The position numbers and the translations under genes are program-made. The notes below the pieces were generated by a model. That model was not told the DNA's origin. It worked only from the letters and a program-made list of their open reading frames with translations, and did not search any database. Shown in pieces: positions 25,126-33,000 of a stretch of 33,000 bases of DNA; within the stretch, counting starts at the first letter, position 1, and each line of letters begins with the position of its first letter. Source of the DNA: Octopus sinensis (lineage: Eukaryota); assembly GCF_006345805.1 (NCBI RefSeq), contig NC_043011.1:18209464-18242463 (forward strand), given 5' to 3'.

Positions 25126-25441
25126 ATTTTTAGTTTTAATTTTTTAATTTTTTAATATTTGTTTAATATTTTAATTTTTTTTAAATATATTTGGAATTTA
25201 TATATGTTATCATATTTTCATTTTATTATAGTTGCATTCATATTCTTATTTTTCTATATAGTATGACTTATAATATGAAATTGTACATGTAGATGTAGGT
25301 ACGTACATATATGTATGTATGCATATATTTTATTTATTACACTATTGTATGACTGAGCGCCTTCGCGTCGATTCGATTCGATTCGTTCCGTTTCGTTTCG
25401 TTTCTTCTTCTTCTCCCAGCACAGTTTATATATATATATAT

Positions 25442-25473
<32 letters not shown>

Positions 25474-25557
25474 ATATATATATATATATGTATATGTATG
25501 TATATATATGGATAAATATATATATATATATATATATGTATATGTATGTATATATAT

Positions 25558-25591
<34 letters not shown>

Positions 25592-26689
25592 ATATATATG
25601 TATATATATGGATATATATACATATATATACATGTATGTATATATGCATATATATATATATATATGTATATCAACGAAACATACATGTCCATATGTATTT
25701 TGCTTGTGTGCTTTGTTTAGTTACGACTATTTGATTTAATCTGACTTATAGATATAAGACCAAATCATCGAGGTGTATGAAATATTAGACAGAGAGTTTC
25801 ATATTCTCTTATTAAATTATTCTCCCCATTCTAGTTTTACTTTTTTAGTTTTACTTTTATTTGTCTGTTGTAAATACAATAGATATAGGATAAATATAGG
25901 ATAACTGCTGTCAGTTATTTTGTGATACATATATATTAAATTCTTAGTTATGGCTACCATTATATTGTTCGTTTCTTTGAATTATATTATTTCTACTTAT
26001 GTTTTTCTTCAGTGTTCATTTTTGTCGTTTTGGTTTCTAGGTTCTTTAACTTCCCTCTTTTTATGCAATCGTTAAAATTTCTTTGTTTCTAGATATTTTA
26101 AATTTAATCTGTGTCAAATCGCAAAGGGGAACATCTAGTAATTGGTTTTAACAAAGGCGGATAAGCTGAATAAAATGAATCCAATTATATTGAAATTCAA
26201 CACTCCATCGGGGGGGGGGGGTCAATACTAAAAAATATACAGATGCTTCAGGGAAATTATTATGATGAGAGACAGATGAAATTGGTCTGAGATGTATCTC
26301 ACACAATAAATATTTAAAACAATTAATCAAATATCATTAATTCATTGCTTAAATATCAAACGTATTTCGTTCAGTTTTATAGCAATACAAGACTAATTAA
26401 CTGTCAATATCACCGAAGAAAGAAATCATCAGTTCTAGACTAATTACTGCTAAATTTGCCAGCTAATGTTTATATATCCGAGATAACTATATCTGAAATG
26501 CAGTATGTAATGTCATTCATATGCATGCAATGAATGTTTATCAAACGAAAGTACATTGGTTAGAGAACTACGCCTTCGCCCGACTGACTTAGGGTCAAAA
26601 GATTTTCGTTCGTGTTAGTATGTTACTTCTCGTATAATTAAACTTAGACTACATCATCTAATAATCCAATGAGGCTCTCCTTCTTGTAG

Positions 26690-26794
26690 GCTTGAGAAAC
26701 ATTTTGAACATATATGTACGGTATCCTTGGCATGTCTAATATTCTGTATCAGAATGGGTATGTCGCAGACTCTATGAGACCGTACATCACACAG
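26690..26794 (+). other. Candidate 105-nt exon (possibly non-coding)
   Basis: ctctccttcttgtag| acceptor and cag|gtaatt donor; stops in all three frames. Confidence 0.25.
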
Positions 26795-27190
26795 GTAATT
26801 TCATTTGAGAGATGACATTGCAGGAAATGTCTAAATGATAAAATATTAGTGAAACGTTGTATCTAGGAAACATTAATGATCAATTAAATGCGAAACTACT
26901 TTGAAATATTTAAAACTAAATGGGAACACCTTGTATCATTGTATTTAAGTACGCAGCATTAAATTATCCGAGTATATAAATATTTCTATCTAGTAATGCT
27001 TGACATGAAATAGATCTGGATACCCTACATATGAACTTCCTTATAATTTAAAATGTAATCACTTATGGACCCGTCTACATTGAAATAAAGCCTGAATGAT
27101 ACTCTGGAGAGTGCTACAGAGTTCCTTGCAGGTTAGTAGAGGCTCGACTGCCTGCTCCTGTTATATCAATTAGGCATCTCTGGGTAAGCC

Positions 27191-28466
27191 TACAAGAGGT
27201 ATCCATTAAAGATTTCCCCTGGCCCACTTCTGGTTATTTCAGTAAATGGAACTTGTACAGGTAAAAGTTGTATATGTCTCTACATGTCACATTGTACATT
27301 TTAGCCCTCCACTAGTATTCGTTTGGCTTTTACGGCTTCTGAAGTGTACTAATGTGTTGTAATGGAGACTGTTGAATGCAGATCAGTGATAAGGTTCTTA
27401 TGTTTGAAAGGTTGTACACGAAAATAGACTTTCGATGATATGAAAGAAGTTTACGGTGACGATGTATCATCATACGACTTAGTGAAGTACTTTCATCGCC
27501 AATTCAAATGTGGTCGGACATCGGTGGGAACAGCTCCTATTCCTGGAAAACCACATTCTGCCATTGAAGACGAAACCATCAATAAGGTGGAAGCCGCCAA
27601 TTTGGAGGGTCACCGACTAACTATACGGCAACTAACCCAAGAAAGGAAGATAAGTGTAGTCTTCGTTGAAAAAATCATTCATGACTATTTGAACATGTGA
27701 AAGTTGTCTGTACAATGGATACTCCCAGTTTCTCACACCTTTTCAGATACAGAAACGAGTCAATTACACCCAGGCACTTTTGGCAATGTGCCAAGAAAAC
27801 GAGGACATTTTTAGCAGGCTTATCACACAGGATGAAATATGTGTCCTTCATTATGATCCTAAGACTAAAGTCCAGTCGAAGCAATGGAAGCATAAGGATA
27901 ACTCACCATCCACAAGGAAGGCTCATGTCCAACACTAAGCAGGAAAGGTGATGATCACAGTCCTTTAACAACAGCACGAAGTAACGATGAGGAATTTCCT
28001 GGCAACGTGCGTCACAATTAACTTCTTACGCTTCTCTGCTGCAGTAATTGCGGGACGCCATGAAACCAGAGAAGCGTGGCATGCTGACCAAAGGAATCAA
28101 CCTCCTCCAAGACAATACCCAAGTTCACAATGCACATGTTGATCACATGGAATCCTCCCTCATCCCCCTTACACTCCGACCACGCACAATCTGACTTGCA
28201 CCTCTTACCAAACATGCAATCCTGCTTAAAGGGGAAGCACTTTTTGGATGATGAACGTATTTCTGAGGTAAAATATTGATACTAGAGGTAACCTACCGAC
28301 TTCTACAGATGAGGTATTTACAAATGCATGAAGCGATGGGAGAAGTGATTCACCATTGGTGGTGGCTATGTATAGAAGGGCTGATCATTATATCATTATG
28401 CCAAGTTTCCTTTATCAGAGTCTTGGAAAGTGAGTCAGGGGAAATCTTTAAGGAACATTTCTCGTA
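27191..28466 (+). mobile_element. Near full-length decayed mariner with both TIRs and TA ends
   Basis: ATG 27362 METVECRSVIRFLCLKG...SYDLVK...RLTIRQ; LLQDN; HPPY; KRWEK. 5' TIR tacaagaggtatccattaaagatttcccctg and 3' TIR caggggaaatctttaaggaacatttctcgta; 1276 bp. Confidence 0.92.
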
Positions 28467-29818
28467 CAGCCTTCACCCAGCGATCCTCATCTATTGAATC
28501 ATGTTTTCTTCTGTACTATGAGCTTTCCCTTACACCTGGTATTGGTGTATTTCCCCCATTTGATGCTTTGATTGCCAAATCAAATCCTACACGTCCTTAC
28601 AGACCGTCTCACCAATATCCTGGTTTACACAGTATGTTTTTGCTCCTTCAGAGTTTCATGGCGTTTCTATTTTCTGCTACACGTAATCGATTGTCTTGCT
28701 AATGTGTCTTCTTACTGATGTCATAACAACACGGAAGTATTGTGTTGAAATATTTTTACGGTCAGATAAATGCAAAGATACAACGGTAAAGAACCTATCA
28801 TGTCTATAGGAAAGCAGGTCTCTGTCACATAGGTATCCTTCGACTTTCTCGACCCGAAAATGTTTTTCAACATAATATTTTTATCCTATTATTTATACCT
28901 TTATATATACTTCGACAACCAATTCCTTAAGATAATTATTTCACGTACTCTGGAAATGTTATAAGATTTACGATGTCAACAACATACAATAGTCACGGGT
29001 AAAAATTAAATTTCTCGGATGTCTCGTGAATTTCTAAATATTTGTTAGTTCTAACAGTAGAAGGCTTGTCATGTTTATAGAAGTGAGTTTCAGGACCACG
29101 GTCACTCTTCAAAGTTATATATATTATCTTTTATCCTTGACTGATTTCAGCCATAGGCCAGAATGATATACATTTTAACATGCAAACACTTATATTTCTA
29201 TATCTTCCACACATTCCTTCAAGATCTCTTTCGTCGGGAGTGAGCGCTACACGTGTAGGAGTTGGCTTTTGCGGAACTATCAAGATACTGCAACATCTAT
29301 ATGGGATCTATTGTCAGCATCCACTTTGCGATTGTAATTTCAGCTCTACTGCCATACGTTTTCGCAAGTTCTGCCCAGTGCGTTAAGATATGGCGCTTTA
29401 TCAACGCAGGAGAACGGGAGTTGATGCTTTAATTTCGCTACAAACCCGGCAATGGATTCCCTGTTGGTAGTTGCCCCCACACTTTGTCATTGTGTATATT
29501 CTTATTGCTACTGATGTCGTTGTTATTGTTAAGCAACAAGACGGATAAGGGTGATTAGGTTATCGTCTAGACATTGGAAAAAAACTTTGGTCGTCTTGTT
29601 GTAGTCGAGGACTCTTCATTGACGCCCGACACCACTGGGAGTTGGCCCTCGAAGTCGCTGGAAAGGGAAATCTCCAGGTCCAAATTCTTGGACGGCTGCT
29701 GCTGATGTTGCTGTTCTTGGTTTTGTTGTCGCTGTTGTTGCTTCTGATGTTGTTACTACTGCTGCTGTTTTTGTAGCAGTTCAAAAATAGTTTTTTGTTA
29801 TTGTTGTTTCACCTGTGC

Positions 29819-30346
29819 CTCTTCTTCTTCTTCTTCTTCTTCTTCTTCTTCTTCTTCTTCTTCTTCTTCTTCTTCCAATCTGAACTCATGTCATTAGCCA
29901 CAAAGAATAATCTCTAATTCAAGCCTACTCTAAGCTACAAAGAATGCGTGTGGCAACTCGAAGATCCACCCACCACACGCGATAGACAGGTAGCTGCACA
30001 GGCGCGAAAGCTATGTTGTTATCCTCATTCCGTAATCGGTGGCTTTTAACGGGTGGAGAGCTGAACCATCCTGGGGTACAGAGGATTTGCAATCTAGACT
30101 AGAGTCTGAAAGTTTACCACACCGTAGTGGGTTACACCATGTTTTCTCTGCTTTGTGGCAGAAGTAGGAAGACAGAGTGAAAATTTGTGGTGAAGAAGTA
30201 CAGCGGGTTTCACCACCGTTCCCCACCGGAGCCTTGTGGAGCTTAGGTGTTTTTGCTCAATAAACACTCACAATACCCGGTCTGGGAATTGAAACCGCAT
30301 TCTTACGACCGCGAGTCCGCTGCACTAACAACTGGGCCATTGCGCC
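29819..30346 (-). mobile_element. tRNA-derived SINE with (GAA)n tail
   Basis: Minus-strand head GGCGCAATGGCCCAGTTGTTAG...GGTTTCAATTCCC (A/B boxes); plus-strand (CTT)n at 29819-29875 is the tail. Confidence 0.8.
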
Positions 30347-30780
30347 TCCATTGTGGCTGCTGTTGCTGTTTTTGTGGCTACTGCTTTCTGAGTTGCATGC
30401 GTTACTGTTTTCAATATTATTTCCATTGTAATTATTCGTCTTGATGCTATTATTATTGTCCTGTAGCTATTCTCTAAGAGGGATAGACGTACTATGAATT
30501 GTTCTTCCTGCTATTTCCTCAGAGAATCTGAGAAAACGTGTTACTAAGGTCATAATTCCGACAAATGGAGGCAATAACCGAGAGCATGAAATATATTAAA
30601 ATTTCGGACCTTTAATGCATAATTTGGCACTACCTTCTCCACTCAGAAAGCAGATTTATATTTAAAGTTTTAACCATAAATTACAGCATTAAACAAAGTA
30701 TTTTCAAAGAAATTTAATAAGTCACCGGAAAACAATGTGACCTACATTCGCAACAAATAATGTAATAATCATATACCTTT

Positions 30781-30965
30781 GTACTATTGGCACTAGGCCT
30801 GAAATTTGAGGAGAGTGGCTCTTCGATTATATCAACCCGTGTTCAAGTGAAACATGTTGAAATCAAAGTCGACCTCGGCGGAATTTGAACTCAGGCCTTT
30901 AAAACAGACGAAATGCCTCTAAGCATTTGGCCAGAACAGTAAAAATTCTACCAGATTGCCGTCTT
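30781..30965 (-). mobile_element. Internally deleted tRNA-derived SINE (different family)
   Basis: Minus strand aagacggcaatctggtagaa...gagttcaaattccgccgaggtcgactttg...aaatttcaggcctagtgcc; B-box-like GTTCAAATTCC. Confidence 0.7.
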
Positions 30966-31003
30966 AATAATAATAATAATAATAACAATAATAATTTCTG
31001 AAG

Positions 31004-31353
31004 ATATAAGAGAATTTCTGAAGCTGTAAACTCTTTGAACAGTATAGTGTCAGTACTTATCAGGAAGATAAATAAAGAACTTAAGAATGAATTGAAATTC
31101 GAAAAGGTTAGGAAGAAGTATGGTGTAGATACAAAAGGCATGAATCGGCGCACACAAAGCTAACTGGGTTTTGAACAACAGACTAAGCAATTCCAGCAAA
31201 CAAAGTGTTTAGAACCTTTCAAAAAAAGATTTTACCAATAGATTAAAGATGATAAAAAGTGAAATGTTAGTCCCTGATGCTGATGAAAGTCGACTTTTTT
31301 GGTCGGGTAAGATATGGAGTATGCAAGGAAAACATAATACTACAGCCGAATGG
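31004..31353 (+). mobile_element. R4/Dong-like non-LTR retrotransposon fragment (region upstream of RT)
   Basis: FEKVRKKYGVDTKG...QTKQFQQ...KRFYQ, then (frameshift) VPDADESRLFWSGKIWSMQGKHNTTAEW, matching the P.AEE...FW..IW....HN..AEW pattern I recall for this clade. Confidence 0.65.
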
Positions 31354-33000
31354 CCGTGCAGCCTGATGTAAATAGATTCTTATCTCCAGCAAAAGGCTAT
31401 CCTGGTCACAGAAGACTGTTTCTGAAATATGAATAAATACATAAGCAATTGGAAAGCAGCAGGACCTGATGGTGTACAGGCATTTTGGATAAAAAAAAAG
31501 TTTAGTAGTTGCTATAAATAGATGCAATTTAATGCATTGATCAATGAAGAAGATATCAAGAGCACAACACTGTTCCTCCTTTTATCAACCAGCCCGTCCT
31601 TCCAAGCCAAAAGAAAGTAGCGGGGCGATCTTCAGTATGGACCCGGTTGATAACCAGGTCTATTCCACAAGCTTCCGTAAGTCAACAATGCCCGGGCGAT
31701 GAACGAGTACACGTGAAACAGTTTTGCCACCATCTGCATACCTTGGACAAGTCCATTTGATAGAACTTACATATCTATAGAATGAGTCTCGAACCGTTAG
31801 AGCACATCGGTATCAGTGCCATGCCAGAGAATTCTGGAAATTATATGTAGGTCTCGTACCGAAAGTCTCCAAAACAGAGCAGTTAATTGAACCCTCCCGG
31901 CACCTAGAGCTTCTCTACGAATGTCATCGCTCTTGTATGGCCGTTCCGTAATCTAAAACGATTTTCAAAATTTTCAAAGTGAGGATCGCTATTTTTGTAA
32001 TCTTTTTTGTCATGTTTGTACCGCCATTAATTGCAACCATTTGCTCAGACAGCCGGCAGATACCATTTCGCTAGCAACAAGAGAGCACAGGATGTCAGTC
32101 AGCTAAAACCGTCGCTTTGCTGCCTCTCTTCTTTCTTTTCTCTGTGGAGTTAATAATCTTAATCTTTAGTTACAGTTTCTCATCCAAACTACATAATAGG
32201 CAGAATTCTTACATTAAGACAGTAGGCTGTTTTTAGGGAGATTTGGTTGCTATTTCTACCAGGTCTAGTGACCATGTAGAGGTCTCTTTCATTAGCTTCT
32301 ACATACATATATACATAAAATCAAAATAAAATATTTAAAGCAACAGGTGTTAAATAAAAACGTCAAGGTCCATGCAGTTTCATAGGCCCTAAAACTTTCC
32401 AACTTCTTGCGTAATGAGAGCCGAGAGCGATCTCTTAAAGCATTTTAGTATTACGTGTGTATTGTAATGTGAGATACTGTCCTATGTATAAATATATATA
32501 TATATCAAAAGATTCAGTACTATTTACGCAACAATTTTAACTTAATTTACATACACATATTTGCATTTCAAAAATTTAACATAATCTTTTCTATAAATCA
32601 ACTATCGTAAACATTTTATACGATAATGATACATTTTCTATATGTGTGTGTACCTTAAAAGACATCAATCATCATGATACACACCTTCACTCACTCATTC
32701 TATCTCTTTTTCTTACCCGCTTTATCTCTCACATACATACGCGCATGCAAGCACGCACGCACACACACAGGCACACACACAGGTCCACTTCATATAGACG
32801 TACATACATCTTTCAATTTCTATCTGTTCTTTTCGCTTTCTCTTCTTTTAATATCTGCTCTTTTCAAATAAAACTTTTATGGGTACAACTGCTTATGAAT
32901 ATCGGGATTAATGTACAATTTCTCTCTGTATTCATAATATTTTGTATACAATATTGGAAAAAATATGGCACCAAAGAAAAACGTTTTCTCCCCAGAAACA

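Noticed and set aside
28823-28846. Short similarity to the PBS-side junction of the candidate TRIM
   Set aside because: ~16 nt with mismatches; adjacent sequence does not align to the LTR
31280-31286. CTGATGA motif
   Set aside because: Encodes part of PDADES in the R4-like ORF; no correctly placed GAAA

Overview
AT-rich eukaryotic (animal) non-coding DNA with no confidently identifiable host gene. It is essentially a transposon and microsatellite graveyard. The SINE sequences and repeat landscape resemble what I recall of Octopus/cephalopod genomes; this is inference from recognition, not a database search. Identifiable elements: two decayed mariner transposons (DD34D triad countable in the first; both TIRs in the second), a Tc1-like element with DD36E spacing, a Tigger/pogo-like remnant, a near-intact 5'-truncated RTE-clade LINE, CR1/L2-like 3' ends, an R4/Dong-like fragment, several Penelope-like element (PLE) fragments, tRNA-derived SINEs, a candidate TRIM-like LTR pair, three foldback elements and two near-identical tandem duplications (~815 bp and 953 bp period). 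The most notable signals are a hammerhead ribozyme core at ~12.37-12.41 kb nested inside a split SINE, a second degenerate hammerhead at ~19.97 kb, an RT-deleted PLE derivative with an Asn/Ser-rich tract, and a covarying CR1 3' stem-loop. Most ORFs in the supplied track are microsatellite or antisense artefacts. All alignments and translations were done by eye. I found no support for a wholly new biological system; the findings are candidates within known element classes.
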